Notes: generated by a model not told the origin, from the sequence alone. Numbered from the stretch's first letter, positions 36,181 to 46,253 are shown. The stretch: DNA of 64,000 bases from Escherichia coli (GCF_022846255.1 NZ_AP025682.1); one strand, 5' to 3'. Numbers and translations are program-made.

Positions 36181-36395
36181 TATTCACCTCTCGCAGCCTT
36201 TCTTCTGTCTTCTCTGATTTTGAAGTACAGATTTGTCAGATAGGTGAGAAAGCCCAACACAAGGCTTCCAAGTACCCCAATCGCAGCCCACTGTGATGGA
36301 CTAACCTGATCCAACCACTGCAAAAACCAGTATCCCGCACTACCAGCGGATGTTCCGTAGGCAATGCCAGTTGAGATTTTGTCCATTGATTTCAT
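36180..36395 (-). CDS. S: pinholin S (phage 21-type S21)
   Basis: 71-aa [29 protein letters not shown] with dual Met starts; matches recalled S21. Confidence 0.88.
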   Translation of the reverse strand: MKSMDKISTGIAYGTSAGSAGYWFLQWLDQVSPSQWAAIGVLGSLVLGFLTYLTNLYFKIREDRRKAARGE

Positions 36396-36513
36396 AGCAA
36401 CGCCTCCGCCAGTAACGGATTGCGTAGTTCTTATATTGGGAAGGGGAAAAAAGAAGGCCGCGGCATAACTATCACTGATGAGTTCAGGATAGCCAGTGGC
36501 TACGGCTCAGTTA

Positions 36514-36589
36514 TGGTGCTGGTTAACGGACTTGAACCGCTACCCATTCGCTTACAAGGCGACTGCTCTACCATTGGAGCTAAACCAGC
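36514..36589 (-). tRNA. phage-encoded tRNA, predicted anticodon UGU (Thr)
   Basis: 76-nt cloverleaf by hand: 7-bp acceptor GCTGGTT/AACCAGC, D-stem GCTC/GAGC, T-loop GGTTCAAGTCC, encoded CCA; anticodon loop CTTGTAA. Confidence 0.6.
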
Positions 36590-36594
36590 ATATT

Positions 36595-36669
36595 TGGCGG
36601 GACAGCGTGGACTCGAACCACGATAAGAAGGTTAACAGCCTTCCGTAATGACCTTTATACGACTGACCC
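36595..36669 (-). tRNA. phage-encoded tRNA-like gene, predicted anticodon GUU (Asn); one acceptor-stem mismatch
   Basis: 75-nt: anticodon stem GAAGG/CCTTC with loop CTGTTAA, T-arm CGTGG-TTCGAGT-CCACG, encoded CCA; acceptor has T-T mismatch, D-stem weak. Confidence 0.5.
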
Positions 36670-36760
36670 AAATAAAAAAAGCCACCGTTGCAACTTAAGA
36701 GTCACTAACGGCAGCTTATGCCAATAGTGTTGCTCATTTGCTCAATGATGTCAACACGTT

Positions 36761-37249
36761 CTATGCTACATGTTTAATTTTCTCTACACATTTCCGATTT
36801 TTAAACGCACTATCCAGAACCGGGTGAATCATAAACAACGAGGCATTAAGGATTTCGTCAACTTCCCGTCGACAGGTTGCGAGCGATGGTTTTTGAATGC
36901 GCCCGCCGCCACGGCATAACATCTTGCGAGGTCTTGCGACGCGATGATAGTAAGATGCAATGGCGTGCTTGGAAGAGCCATGAGCGTAGTAGCTGAGGAG
37001 GATTCCAAAGGCTTTCTTGTCAATGTACATGACGGAATCGACGACCTGAGAAATCAACATTCCATCATCATCATTACACATTGGCCTTGTCATAACTCTT
37101 CCCGGCTCTACGCTCTCCATGAACTTCGCTATTACGCTGCTCATGCGCTTTTCCAGACGACCTGAATAAACCCATGCGCCCCACAGTTCAAGCCAGCCAT
37201 TCAGCCACTCATGCTGTTCTTTGGTGAGGTTTAGTTCTCTTATGCCCAC
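36761..37249 (-). CDS. Q: late-gene antiterminator Q (phage 21-type)
   Basis: 162-aa ORF immediately upstream of tRNAs and lysis cassette; identity by position and size, sequence not verified. Confidence 0.6.
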   Translation of the reverse strand: MGIRELNLTKEQHEWLNGWLELWGAWVYSGRLEKRMSSVIAKFMESVEPGRVMTRPMCNDDDGMLISQVVDSVMYIDKKAFGILLSYYAHGSSKHAIASYYHRVARPRKMLCRGGGRIQKPSLATCRREVDEILNASLFMIHPVLDSAFKNRKCVEKIKHVA

Positions 37250-37911
37250 GCGCCTTCTCCCTGTACCTGAATCAATGTGAGATTTCCGCAGAACACTGCC
37301 CCAGTATCGATATACATCTGGTTGGCAAATTTGAGTGGTTTCACTGCTGGCGTATGACCAAAGATAAACGTGTCCGCGCCTTTAATTTCTTTAACGATCC
37401 CGTCTTGTGAGTTGCTGATTCGTTCGCGGTTCCAGATTACCTGCTGATGATCAACTGGCTTTCCAAATTCGTATTCGTCACAAGGATAATCGGCGTGGCA
37501 GATGACATATTTTTTACCTTTGCTCACCAGTTCGATGATTAACGGAAGTTCTTCTGCTTTATGGGCAAGAGCTTTAGCCAGAATTTCTTTGTCGTAATCG
37601 AGATTAAAGAACCAGCCACCGCCATTAAGCAGCCAGTGATTAACGTTTCCACGCTCTGATAAGCCATCAATCATCATTTGCTCATGGTTTCCACGTACAG
37701 CTCTGAACCAGGGGAATGTGATTAATTCCAGGCATTCAACGTTCTCTGCGCCACGATCAACCAAATCGCCCACCGAGATAAGCAGGTCTTTTTTGTTATC
37801 GAATCCAATCGTATCCAGTTTGTTCATCAGGTTCGTGTAGCATCCGTGCAGATCGCCAACTACCCAAATATTTCGGTATTTGCTGCCATCAATTCTTTCG
37901 TAGATATTCAT
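37240..37911 (-). CDS. Ser/Thr protein phosphatase (lambda PPase-like)
   Basis: 223-aa ORF with metallophosphatase motifs GDLHG, GDLVDRG, GNHE. Confidence 0.88.
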   Translation of the reverse strand: MNIYERIDGSKYRNIWVVGDLHGCYTNLMNKLDTIGFDNKKDLLISVGDLVDRGAENVECLELITFPWFRAVRGNHEQMMIDGLSERGNVNHWLLNGGGWFFNLDYDKEILAKALAHKAEELPLIIELVSKGKKYVICHADYPCDEYEFGKPVDHQQVIWNRERISNSQDGIVKEIKGADTFIFGHTPAVKPLKFANQMYIDTGAVFCGNLTLIQVQGEGAWA

Positions 37912-38519
37912 GCAGCCTCACTTCTGCTGTTTCGCAGTTTTTTAAGTTTCTGTTGATACTCCGCCTTGATGGTCCTGCACTCTTCGACAGTCCAGCGATG
38001 GCGGTTATGGTTTGATTCGATTTCGTCTACTGCTTCCTGCCCGATGCGGTTAATCAGTTCGACGCGATACGGAACGAGATTTCCGCTTTTGTGCTGGTTG
38101 CACACCACGCATTGCTTGTGAATATTACGTTCATCAAATCGGAGTTGAGGCGCCGCAGCAGTTGTCCGGTAATGCCCGGCATCCCACTGAGCAGACGTGA
38201 GCGTTCCGCACGAGATACATGGTAAGTCGCGGTCTCTTTCTCTGATGAAGGCGTTTACGGCTTGTTGGGCTTGTTTAATCCAGTAACTGCGGGGCTTTAA
38301 GGCGAGTTTTCGAATCTTAAGTTTATCTTTCTGTTTCTGCTCCTCTCGTCGTCGTTTCTTCTCTGCTGCCTTTTCCGCTTTTTCGCGTTCTTTGCTTCGT
38401 CGTTCGAGTGCTATCTTGGTTCCACACTCTGGAGAGCACCACCACTGATTGGCGAATGCAGGGTGAAACCATTCCCGACATTCATCGTTTTTACATCGTC
38501 TTCGCGCTGGTTTAGCCAT
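37908..38519 (-). CDS. ninG: NinG (Rap) recombination-associated protein
   Basis: 203-aa Cys-rich ORF in nin region, matches recalled lambda NinG. Confidence 0.85.
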   Translation of the reverse strand: MAKPARRRCKNDECREWFHPAFANQWWCSPECGTKIALERRSKEREKAEKAAEKKRRREEQKQKDKLKIRKLALKPRSYWIKQAQQAVNAFIRERDRDLPCISCGTLTSAQWDAGHYRTTAAAPQLRFDERNIHKQCVVCNQHKSGNLVPYRVELINRIGQEAVDEIESNHNRHRWTVEECRTIKAEYQQKLKKLRNSRSEAA

Positions 38520-38682
38520 CGTCTTCTTCCTCGTGCATCGAGCTATTCGGATCGCTCATCAGTTCTGCGCAGCAGTGCTCACACACGTGAACTTCCAGCA
38601 CATGCAGCTTCTGACCGCAGTTAGCGCACGTTAAAGCTCGCTCGACACTTCCTTGTTCGTAACTTCGATTTTGGTCAATCAC
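38512..38682 (-). CDS. ninF: NinF
   Basis: 56-aa ORF from [59 protein letters not shown]; stop overlaps ninG start. Confidence 0.8.
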   Translation of the reverse strand: MIDQNRSYEQGSVERALTCANCGQKLHVLEVHVCEHCCAELMSDPNSSMHEEEDDG

Positions 38683-38861
38683 CTTGTTTTCCTCGCACGT
38701 TCTCTAAGCCACCGGATATCCCACAGATGAGCCGTGTAGTTGAAGGTTTTTACGTCAGATTCTTTTGGGATTGGCTTGCGTTTATTTCTGGAGCGCTTCG
38801 TTGGAAGGTATTTGCAGTTTTCGCAGATGATGTCGGTGATACTTCGTCGCTGTCGTCTCAT
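38679..38861 (-). CDS. ninE: NinE
   Basis: Product [60 protein letters not shown] matches recalled lambda NinE. Confidence 0.85.
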   Translation of the reverse strand: MRRQRRSITDIICENCKYLPTKRSRNKRKPIPKESDVKTFNYTAHLWDIRWLRERARKTR

Positions 38862-39298
38862 GCCGCCCTGTCTCCCCATCGCGCTTTCCATTCGAGAGCC
38901 AGTCGCGCTTCGTCTGACCACTTAACGCCACGCTCTGTACCGAATGCCTGTATAAGCTCTAATAGCTCCGCAAATTCGCTTACACGCATCCTGCTGGTTG
39001 ACTGGCCTATTACCACAAAGCCATTCCCGGCAAGGTTAGGAACAACGTCCTGCTGCTTTAATGCTGCTGTAAAAACGCACTTCCAGCTTTCTGCATCCAG
39101 CCAGCGACCATGCCATTCAACCTGACGAGAGACGTCACCAAGGCAAGCCCAAAGCTTTCGATTCTGGTCTAAGCTGCGGTTGCGTTCCTGAATGGTTACT
39201 ACGATTGGTTTGGTTGGGTCTGGAAGGATTTGCTGGATAGCTTGAATGGCGTTCTGCTGATGTACTGGAGATCGAATTTCAAAGGTTAGTTTTTTCAT
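38858..39298 (-). CDS. ninB: NinB (Orf-family recombination mediator)
   Basis: Product from [20 protein letters not shown] matches recalled lambda NinB. Confidence 0.88.
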   Translation of the reverse strand: MKKLTFEIRSPVHQQNAIQAIQQILPDPTKPIVVTIQERNRSLDQNRKLWACLGDVSRQVEWHGRWLDAESWKCVFTAALKQQDVVPNLAGNGFVVIGQSTSRMRVSEFAELLELIQAFGTERGVKWSDEARLALEWKARWGDRAA

Positions 39299-39371
39299 GA
39301 CTTCCCTCTCCCCCAAATAAAAAGGCCTGCGATTACCAGCAGGCCTGTTATTAGCTCAGTGATGTAGATGG

Positions 39372-39662
39372 TCATCTTTTAACTCCATATACCGCCAATA
39401 CCCGTTTCATCGCGGCACTCTGGCGACACTCCTTAAAAATTAGGTTCGTGCTCATCTTTCCTTCCCGTTCTTCCTTGGTAGCAAACCGGTAATACACCGT
39501 TCGCCAGACCTTACCTTCGATAACCAGAAGACCTGCCCGTGCCATTTTAGCCGCGGCCTGATTTATGCTGGTTACTGTTGCGCCTGTTAGCGCGGCAACG
39601 TCCGGCGCACAGAAGCTATTATGCGTCCCCAGGTAATGAATAATTGCCTCTTTGCCCGTCAT
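39372..39662 (-). CDS. ren: Ren (Rex exclusion escape protein)
   Basis: 96-aa ORF near-identical to recalled lambda Ren. Confidence 0.9.
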   Translation of the reverse strand: MTGKEAIIHYLGTHNSFCAPDVAALTGATVTSINQAAAKMARAGLLVIEGKVWRTVYYRFATKEEREGKMSTNLIFKECRQSAAMKRVLAVYGVKR

Positions 39663-40360
39663 ACACTTGCTCCTTTCAGTCCGAACTTAGCTTTGAGTTC
39701 TGCGATCTTCGCCAGAGCCTGTGCACGATTTAGAGGTCTACCGCCCATGACAGGAAGTTGTTTTACTGGTTCAGGGATCGCCTCACCACGGTTAATTCTC
39801 GCAGTCATATGGACAAGCTCATCTGCGGCCTTACGGCGTAATTCCGCATCAGTAAGCGCATTGGCCCGCATGTTCTGATACAGGTTGGTAACCAGCCAGT
39901 AGTGCGCGTTTGATTTCCACGGATAAGACTCCGCATCCGGATACAGGCCTCGCTTCCGGCAATACTCGTAAACCATATCAACCAGCTCGCTGACGTTTGG
40001 CAGTCCGGCGATAACGGATGCTTCTTCCCGGCACCATGCAACAAACTGCCCGGGTGATGGCAGAAATGGTCGATTCTGCCGACGGGCTACGCGCATTCCT
40101 GCGTTAACCTGTTCCATTGTGGTGATCCCGTTTTCCCGGAAAGCCAGAACCCACTGGCGGCGGATTTCGTTCAGTTCGTTCTGGTCACGGTTAGCCAGGC
40201 TCGCCGGGAAAGTTGCCAGTAACTGGCTGAACACACCGTTGATGATCTGCGCTACCTGCTGTACCTGAGGCTTTTCGTCGTACTGTTCCGGCATGTTGTT
40301 GGCGATCCGACGCATCTGCTCACGGTCAAAGTTAACCATCTGTGCGGCGATGTTTTTCAT
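39659..40360 (-). CDS. P: replication protein P (DnaB helicase loader)
   Basis: 233-aa ORF near-identical to recalled lambda P. Confidence 0.95.
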   Translation of the reverse strand: MKNIAAQMVNFDREQMRRIANNMPEQYDEKPQVQQVAQIINGVFSQLLATFPASLANRDQNELNEIRRQWVLAFRENGITTMEQVNAGMRVARRQNRPFLPSPGQFVAWCREEASVIAGLPNVSELVDMVYEYCRKRGLYPDAESYPWKSNAHYWLVTNLYQNMRANALTDAELRRKAADELVHMTARINRGEAIPEPVKQLPVMGGRPLNRAQALAKIAELKAKFGLKGASV

Positions 40361-41256
40361 AGATCCACCCCGTAAATCCAGTCAGTGTTCGTCAGGTCGA
40401 GTTTTGGTTTGCCGGCTGTCACGCCAGCCTGTTGCTTGTTTCGGTTGATTTCGAGCTGGGTCCACTTGTCGCGGAGTTTGGCCGGACTCAGCACGTTACC
40501 GGACCAGAAGTTGTCCTGGCATGCCCAGCGGAACAGTACACACATGTCGCGATGGTTGCGTCCGTCACGTTCACGCATCAGGCGGATATCGTTAGCCCAC
40601 CCAGCAAAATTCGGTTTTCTGGCTGATGGTGCGATAGTCTTCACCATGTCAAACATCCACTCTGCGGCGGTCAGGTCTTCTGCTGTCCCCCACTTGCTGC
40701 CGCTCTGAATTGCAGCATCCGGTTTAACCACAGAAAGATCGTTTTCTGGCTGGTCAGAGGATTCGCCAGAATTCTCGGACGAATAATCTTTTCTTTTTTC
40801 TTTTGTAATAGTGTCTTTTGTGTCCCCCTGTTTTGAGGGATAGCAATCCCCCAATTTGAGGGATGTTTTATCCCTCGTTTTAGGGGATTTTCCCTCGTTT
40901 TGAGGGATACACCATTCTGAGATGTTTTTATTTGGTCCAAACATGCCGCCTTGCTGCTTGATAATATTCATTCTGACGAGTTCTAACTTGGCTTCATTGC
41001 ACCGTTTGACAGGTAACTTTGTAATCTCGCTAAGTTGAGAATCGGTGATTCTGTCCATTGGTTTATTCCACCCATAGGTTTTACGCAGAATGGCAAGCAG
41101 CACTTTAAACTGTCGCTTGGTCAGATCTGCGCCTGAATAAGCCTCAAGCAGCATATTTGATAGTCTGGCGTAACCATCATCGAGATCTGCCACATTACGC
41201 TCCTGTCCGGTAAAGTTACCTCTGCCGAAGTTGAGTATTTTTGCTGTATTTGTCAT
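40357..41256 (-). CDS. O: replication initiator O
   Basis: Product from MTNTAKILNFGRGNF near-identical to recalled lambda O; contains origin iterons. Confidence 0.95.
   Translation of the reverse strand: MTNTAKILNFGRGNFTGQERNVADLDDGYARLSNMLLEAYSGADLTKRQFKVLLAILRKTYGWNKPMDRITDSQLSEITKLPVKRCNEAKLELVRMNIIKQQGGMFGPNKNISEWCIPQNEGKSPKTRDKTSLKLGDCYPSKQGDTKDTITKEKRKDYSSENSGESSDQPENDLSVVKPDAAIQSGSKWGTAEDLTAAEWMFDMVKTIAPSARKPNFAGWANDIRLMRERDGRNHRDMCVLFRWACQDNFWSGNVLSPAKLRDKWTQLEINRNKQQAGVTAGKPKLDLTNTDWIYGVDL
40823..40908. repeat. replication origin iterons (four ~18-bp O-binding repeats) within O
   Basis: TCCCCCTGTTTTGAGGGA, ATCCCCCAATTTGAGGGA, TCCCTCGTTTTAGGGGAT, TCCCTCGTTTTGAGGGAT in tandem. Confidence 0.85.
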
Positions 41257-41290
41257 AATGACTCCTGTGGATTGATCCAGTCTTTCTACA

Positions 41291-41569
41291 TCAGGCCTCA
41301 AAACTGTTGCAGCAGTCTTGAGGCTTTTCTTTTGTCAGCACCATGGCTACTTTCTTTGCTAGCTTTGCTAATTCCTCGTCTTCAACACCCCACTCCAGCA
41401 CAGCCAGAAGCATGGCCATCTTTGGGATAAAGCTGTCTTTCCATCGCGAAATTTGCGATTCATTAATCCCTAATGCATCAGCAACCTTTCGCTGACCACG
41501 TACAGCAATTCGATTCAGGATGTTGCTTGTGATTGCATTCGCTTTCTTGCGAGTACTTGTAAGTTGCAT
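41291..41569 (-). CDS. cII: transcriptional activator CII
   Basis: Product from internal Met MQLTSTRKKANAIT...QISRWK...MLLAVLEWGV resembles recalled lambda CII; sits between nutR and O. Confidence 0.8.
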   Translation of the reverse strand: MQLTSTRKKANAITSNILNRIAVRGQRKVADALGINESQISRWKDSFIPKMAMLLAVLEWGVEDEELAKLAKKVAMVLTKEKPQDCCNSFEA

Positions 41570-41628
41570 ATGTAAGTATTTCCTTAACAAATAAGAAGTT
41601 ATACGCACCAACTGATGCGCGTTGTATT

Positions 41629-41670
41629 CCCGCATTTCGGCGGGAATAAGGACCATGACTGTTAAAGAGC
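41629..41670 (-). promoter_or_regulatory. nutR (boxA GCTCTTTAACA plus boxB hairpin CCCGC-CGAAAT-GCGGG)
   Basis: Between cro and cII on the rightward transcript; identical boxA/boxB also present before N. Confidence 0.7.
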
Positions 41671-41677
41671 AATTTGC

Positions 41678-41863
41678 TTATGCCGCTTTGCGATAAGCAC
41701 TTTCTTGATACTTCAGGGCGCCAGCTGTAACGACTTCCAGTCGATAGGCGTCTTTCTCTGGGATGACTTCCTTCCACTGAGAGACTGCTGCATCGCTAAT
41801 GCCTAACGCTTTAGCTACCGCACGCTGGGTTCCGAAGTGGTCGATAACATCTTTCTTGTACAT
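41678..41863 (-). CDS. cro: Cro-type repressor
   Basis: 61-aa HTH ORF (GTQRAVAKALGISDAAVSQW) divergent from cI; not lambda immunity type. Confidence 0.8.
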   Translation of the reverse strand: MYKKDVIDHFGTQRAVAKALGISDAAVSQWKEVIPEKDAYRLEVVTAGALKYQESAYRKAA

Positions 41864-41943
41864 AGACTCGCTCCGAAATTAAAGAATACTTAAATTATCT
41901 ATCAAAGGAATCTTAAGTCAAGTTTATTTAAGATGTCTTAACT
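41864..41943. promoter_or_regulatory. OR operator / pR-pRM region
   Basis: cI-cro intergenic region with repeated CTTAA...TTAAG half-site palindromes. Confidence 0.65.
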
Positions 41944-42594
41944 ATGAATACACAACTGATGGGTGAGCGTATTCGCGCTCGCAGAAAAGAACTTAAGATT
42001 AGGCAGGCTGCCCTTGGCAAGATGGTTGGCGTGTCTAATGTTGCTATTTCCCAATGGGAGCGTTCTGAAACTGAGCCCAATGGCGAAAACCTATTGGCTT
42101 TAGCCAAGGCTTTACAGTGCTCCCCTGATTACTTGTTGAAAGGAGAAGATAGTCTTTCAAACATTGCCTATCACAGCAGGCATGATCCAAGAGGTTCGTA
42201 TCCTCTAATTAGTTGGGTAAGCGCAGGATGTTGGATGGAAGCTGTAGAGCCATATCATAAGCGTGCAATAGATAACTGGTACGATACAACCGTAGATTGT
42301 TCAGAAGATTCGTTTTGGCTGGACGTAAAGGGTGATTCGATGACGGCTCCAGCCGGTCTTAGCATCCCGGAAGGGATGATAATACTAGTCGATCCTGAAG
42401 TAGAACCTCGTAATGGGAAGCTGGTAGTGGCAAAGCTCGAAGGAGAAAACGAGGCAACTTTCAAGAAGTTAGTTATTGATGCTGGCAGAAGGTTTCTAAA
42501 ACCACTTAACCCACAATATCCGATGATTGAGATCAACGGGAACTGCAAAATCATCGGTGTAGTTGTCGATGCAAAAATAGCAAACCTTCCATAA
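41944..42594 (+). CDS. cI: CI repressor (HTH plus LexA-like S24 autoprotease domain)
   Basis: 216-aa ORF with N-terminal HTH and C-terminal KGDSM catalytic-site motif. Confidence 0.88.
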   Translation: MNTQLMGERIRARRKELKIRQAALGKMVGVSNVAISQWERSETEPNGENLLALAKALQCSPDYLLKGEDSLSNIAYHSRHDPRGSYPLISWVSAGCWMEAVEPYHKRAIDNWYDTTVDCSEDSFWLDVKGDSMTAPAGLSIPEGMIILVDPEVEPRNGKLVVAKLEGENEATFKKLVIDAGRRFLKPLNPQYPMIEINGNCKIIGVVVDAKIANLP

Positions 42595-42616
42595 GGGGCA
42601 TTCGCCCCTTTTTTTC
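42594..42616 (+). terminator. rho-independent terminator after cI
   Basis: GGGGC-ATTC-GCCCC hairpin followed by TTTTTTT. Confidence 0.7.
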
Positions 42617-42639
42617 TTTCCTTTAAAAATCAAAGCAAA

Positions 42640-42720
42640 ACTTAAACTTCGCAATAAAATTTAAGTTTTCTTCAAAAACGCCCTTGACCAACAATTAAAG
42701 AAATCTTAAATTTAAGTCAT
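42640..42720. promoter_or_regulatory. OL operator / pL region
   Basis: Palindromes AAACTTAAA...TTTAAGTTT and CTTAAATTTAAG; candidate -35 TTGACC at 42683..42688. Confidence 0.6.
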
Positions 42721-42758
42721 CAGCAGGACGCTGGTAGCCAAACGGAACAGATTGGCAG

Positions 42759-42798
42759 GCTCTTTAACATTGATGGGATTGTCCCGCCGAAATGCGGG
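42759..42798 (+). promoter_or_regulatory. nutL (boxA GCTCTTTAACA plus boxB hairpin)
   Basis: Same boxA and CCCGC-CGAAAT-GCGGG hairpin as nutR, upstream of N. Confidence 0.7.
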
Positions 42799-42906
42799 AA
42801 CCAAAGAGTAGTTGGCTTTGGGGTGACGTGAAGTGCAGCTGCACGACGGCAACCGGAAGATAAGCACCCGGCGCGTCACCGCCAAAGTCAATCATCGGAG
42901 GTCAAC

Positions 42907-43179
42907 ATGGCAGTAGTCATTACATATCTGGCTGACGATAACGCCAGAAATCGCCGCAGAGCACGCAGACAGGCTCAACGTGAGCAGGCAATGCAAGAAC
43001 AGCGACTGGCGCGAAAAATTGCGCTAAAGCTCTCTGGTTGCGTCAGAGCAGACAAAGCAGCATCACTCGGAAGCCTTCGCTGCAAGAAGGCAGATGAATG
43101 CAGTGGAAGTATTTGCCTGCCAAACGTAGCCATTTACGCGGCAGGCTACCGGAAATCAAAACAACTGACGGCGAGATGA
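42907..43179 (+). CDS. N: antiterminator N-like protein (arginine-rich motif)
   Basis: 90-aa ORF just downstream of nutL with N-terminal arginine-rich motif NARNRRRARRQAQREQ; SD GGAGG. Confidence 0.6.
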   Translation: MAVVITYLADDNARNRRRARRQAQREQAMQEQRLARKIALKLSGCVRADKAASLGSLRCKKADECSGSICLPNVAIYAAGYRKSKQLTAR

Positions 43180-43195
43180 TAAATTCATTTGCTAA

Positions 43196-43777
43196 TTACT
43201 TGTTTTTGCCATGCTTATCCTGAGCGATAAGTTCATCCATAAGGCTGTCTGCCTTCCCGGCAAACCTAATGTAGCACTCATGCCTATAGCTTTCAGGGAT
43301 AACGAAACGGTCGGTATCAGGATATCCAACAGCAGGAGGCCTTCGAACGAGGAGTCCTTTTTTGAGCAATGAAATTGATTCATGAGCTCCCTTTTCCGTT
43401 TGTAGCTGGTTATTAGCGGCTACAGCGAATGCCAAATACGCTCTTTCTCCAAGAGTTAATGAATCAAACAAATCTTGCACATATTTTTCTTCTTTAGATT
43501 TGCGCTTCTGAGCAGCGGATACCTCAATTCTTTCAGTCACAGCGTGATAAGCGGAATTAACAACGCCGTTAAGCACATAGCTAACGCAAAACAACAGGAT
43601 GTAATACATCCAGTAATGAGGAAGGATTTCTGGATTATGCAGGTTTATCCATTCTTTTACGCTTACCGGCATAACAATAATCAATATGATCAGGATGATT
43701 AGCATATGAATCAACTGTTTAAGTGTCATTCCTTGCAGGAAAAAATGCATTAGTTCCTGCCACCATGAGTTGTTCAT
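43196..43777 (-). CDS. sieB: superinfection exclusion protein B (SieB)
   Basis: 193-aa ORF MNNSWWQELMHFFLQGMTLKQL with TM segments, opposite orientation next to N; recalled as lambda/P22 SieB. Confidence 0.7.
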   Translation of the reverse strand: MNNSWWQELMHFFLQGMTLKQLIHMLIILIILIIVMPVSVKEWINLHNPEILPHYWMYYILLFCVSYVLNGVVNSAYHAVTERIEVSAAQKRKSKEEKYVQDLFDSLTLGERAYLAFAVAANNQLQTEKGAHESISLLKKGLLVRRPPAVGYPDTDRFVIPESYRHECYIRFAGKADSLMDELIAQDKHGKNK

Positions 43778-43990
43778 CGGCGTTTCTCTTTTGCTCTCTG
43801 TAGGGGTGAATAGAGTTTATCCGATTTCTCGCTGTAGGGGTACATGAGAACCACCGAGCCTGATGTGGTTAAAAGACAGGCACAATCTTTACTACCGCAA
43901 TCCACTATTTAAGGTGATATATGGAAGAAGAATTTGAAGAGTTCGAAGAGCATCCTCAGGATGTGATGGAACAATACCAGGACTATCCGT

Positions 43991-44170
43991 ATGACTACGA
44001 CTATTGATACAAATCAATGGTGTGGACAATTCAAACGATGCAATGGATGCAAGCTGCAATCGGAATGCATGGTTAAGCCTGAAGAAATGTTTCCTGTAAT
44101 GGAAGATGGGAAATATGTCGATAAATGGGCAATACGAACGACGGCAATGATTGCCAGAGAACTTGGTTAA
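43991..44170 (+). CDS. ral: restriction alleviation protein Ral
   Basis: 59-aa ORF MTTTIDTNQWCGQFKRCNGCKLQSECMVKPEEMFPVMEDGKYVDKWAIRTTAMIARELG matches recalled lambda Ral. Confidence 0.8.
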   Translation: MTTTIDTNQWCGQFKRCNGCKLQSECMVKPEEMFPVMEDGKYVDKWAIRTTAMIARELG

Positions 44171-44373
44171 CAGAACAACAAAGCTGCCTGATAGTGGCCT
44201 TTATTTTTGGCATAAATAACAGAATAAACACTGCACCGTGTATTCATTCCAACGAGTGAATACACGGAGCAATGTCGCTCGTAACTAAACAGGAGCCGAT
44301 TTGTTCTGATTATTGGAAATCTTCTTTGCCCTCCAGTGTGAGGGCGATTTTTTATCTATGAGGATATGAATAG

Positions 44374-44742
44374 GTGTCAAACATCAAAAAATACATCATT
44401 GATTACGACTGGAAAGCATCAATTGAAATTGAAATCGACCATGACGTAATGACAGAGGAAAAACTTCACCAGATTAATAATTTCTGGTCAGACTCTGAAT
44501 ACCGACTCAATAAACACGGCTCTGTATTAAATGCTGTATTAATCATGCTGGCGCAACATGCTCTGCTTATAGCAATTTCAAGCGACTTAAATGCATATGG
44601 TGTTGTGTGTGAGTTCGACTGGAATGATGGAAATGGTCAGGAAGGATGGCCTCCAATGGATGGTAGCGAAGGAATAAGAATTACCGATATCGATACATCA
44701 GGAATATTTGATTCAGATGATATGACTATCAAGGCCGCCTGA
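44374..44742 (+). CDS. ea10: Ea10-like early protein
   Basis: 122-aa ORF (GTG start) between ral and cIII as in lambda. Confidence 0.6.
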   Translation: MSNIKKYIIDYDWKASIEIEIDHDVMTEEKLHQINNFWSDSEYRLNKHGSVLNAVLIMLAQHALLIAISSDLNAYGVVCEFDWNDGNGQEGWPPMDGSEGIRITDIDTSGIFDSDDMTIKAA

Positions 44743-44814
44743 GTGCGGCTTTACCGCATACCAATAACGCTTCACTCGAGGCGTTTTTCGTTATGTATAA
44801 ATAAGGAGCACACC

Positions 44815-44979
44815 ATGCAATATGCCATTGCAGGGTGGCCTGTTGCTGGCTGCCCTTCCGAATCTTTACTTGAACGAATCACCCGTAAATTACGTGACGG
44901 ATGGAAACGCCTTATCGACATACTTAATCAGCCAGGAGTCCCCAAAAATGGATCAAACACTTATGGCTATCCAGACTAA
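44815..44979 (+). CDS. cIII: CIII (FtsH inhibitor)
   Basis: 54-aa [57 protein letters not shown] matches recalled lambda CIII. Confidence 0.9.
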   Translation: MQYAIAGWPVAGCPSESLLERITRKLRDGWKRLIDILNQPGVPKNGSNTYGYPD

Positions 44980-45091
44980 ATTCACTATCGCCACTTTTAT
45001 TGGCGATGAAAAGATGTTTCGTGAGGCCGTCGACGCTTATAAAAAATGGATATTAATACTGAAACTGAGATCAAGCAAAAGCATTCACTAA
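44948..45091 (+). CDS. kil: Kil (host killing / FtsZ inhibitor)
   Basis: 47-aa [50 protein letters not shown]; overlaps cIII end. Confidence 0.88.
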   Translation: MDQTLMAIQTKFTIATFIGDEKMFREAVDAYKKWILILKLRSSKSIH

Positions 45092-45462
45092 CCCCCTTTC
45101 CTGTTTTCCTAATCAGCCCGGCATTTCGCGGGCGATATTTTCACAGCTATTTCAGGAGTTCAGCCATGAACGCTTATTACATTCAGGATCGTCTTGAGGC
45201 TCAGAGCTGGACGCGTCACTACCAGCAGATCGCCCGTGAAGAGAAAGAGGCAGAACTGGCAGACGACATGGAAAAAGGCCTGCCCCAGCACCTGTTTGAA
45301 TCGCTATGCATCGATCATTTGCAACGCCACGGGGCCAGCAAAAAAGCCATTACCCGTGCGTTCGATGACGATGTTGAGTTTCAGGAGCGCATGGCAGAAC
45401 ACATCCGGTACATGGTTGAAACTATTGCCCGCCACCAGGTTGATATTGATTCAGAGGTATAA
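45046..45462 (+). CDS. gam: Gam (RecBCD inhibitor)
   Basis: 138-aa ORF near-identical to recalled lambda Gam. Confidence 0.93.
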   Translation: MDINTETEIKQKHSLTPFPVFLISPAFRGRYFHSYFRSSAMNAYYIQDRLEAQSWTRHYQQIAREEKEAELADDMEKGLPQHLFESLCIDHLQRHGASKKAITRAFDDDVEFQERMAEHIRYMVETIARHQVDIDSEV

Positions 45463-45467
45463 AACGG

Positions 45468-46253
45468 ATGAGTACAGCACTCGCAACGCTGGCAGGGAAG
45501 CTGGCTGAACGTGTCGGCATGGATTCTGTCGACCCACAGGAACTGATCACCACTCTTCGCCAGACAGCATTTAAAGGCGATGCCAGCGATGCGCAGTTCA
45601 TCGCATTGCTGATCGTCGCCAACCAGTACGGCCTTAATCCGTGGACGAAAGAAATTTACGCCTTCCCTGATAAGCAGAACGGCATCGTTCCGGTGGTGGG
45701 CGTTGATGGCTGGTCCCGTATCATCAATGAAAACCAGCAGTTTGATGGCATGGACTTTGAGCAGGACAATGAATCCTGCACATGCCGGATTTACCGCAAG
45801 GACCGTAATCATCCGATCTGCGTTACCGAGTGGATGGATGAATGCCGCCGCGAACCATTCAAAACCCGCGAAGGCAGAGAAATCACGGGGCCGTGGCAGT
45901 CGCATCCCAAACGGATGTTACGTCATAAAGCCATGATTCAGTGTGCCCGTCTGGCCTTCGGATTTGCTGGTATCTATGACAAGGATGAAGCCGAGCGCAT
46001 TGTCGAAAATACCGCATACACTGTAGAACGTCAGCCGGAACGCGACATCACTCCGGTTAACGATGAAACCATGCAGGAGATTAACACTCTGCTGATCGCC
46101 CTGGATAAAACATGGGATGACGACTTATTGCCGCTCTGTTCCCAGATATTTCGCCGCGACATTCGCGCATCGTCAGAACTGACACAGGCCGAAGCAGTGA
46201 AAGCTCTTGGATTCCTGAAACAGAAAGCCACTGAGCAGAAGGTGGCAGCATGA
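45468..46253 (+). CDS. bet: Bet single-strand annealing recombinase
   Basis: 261-aa ORF near-identical to recalled lambda Beta. Confidence 0.93.
   Translation: MSTALATLAGKLAERVGMDSVDPQELITTLRQTAFKGDASDAQFIALLIVANQYGLNPWTKEIYAFPDKQNGIVPVVGVDGWSRIINENQQFDGMDFEQDNESCTCRIYRKDRNHPICVTEWMDECRREPFKTREGREITGPWQSHPKRMLRHKAMIQCARLAFGFAGIYDKDEAERIVENTAYTVERQPERDITPVNDETMQEINTLLIALDKTWDDDLLPLCSQIFRRDIRASSELTQAEAVKALGFLKQKATEQKVAA

Noticed and set aside
36420..36626. 68-aa + strand ORF
   Set aside because: Covers the two tRNA genes on the opposite strand; the sequence folds as tRNA cloverleafs.
40823..40908. Regularly spaced short repeats considered as a possible CRISPR array
   Set aside because: Four iterons inside the O gene with ~2 to 8 bp spacing are the lambda-type origin; no CRISPR-like repeat-spacer architecture found anywhere in the window.
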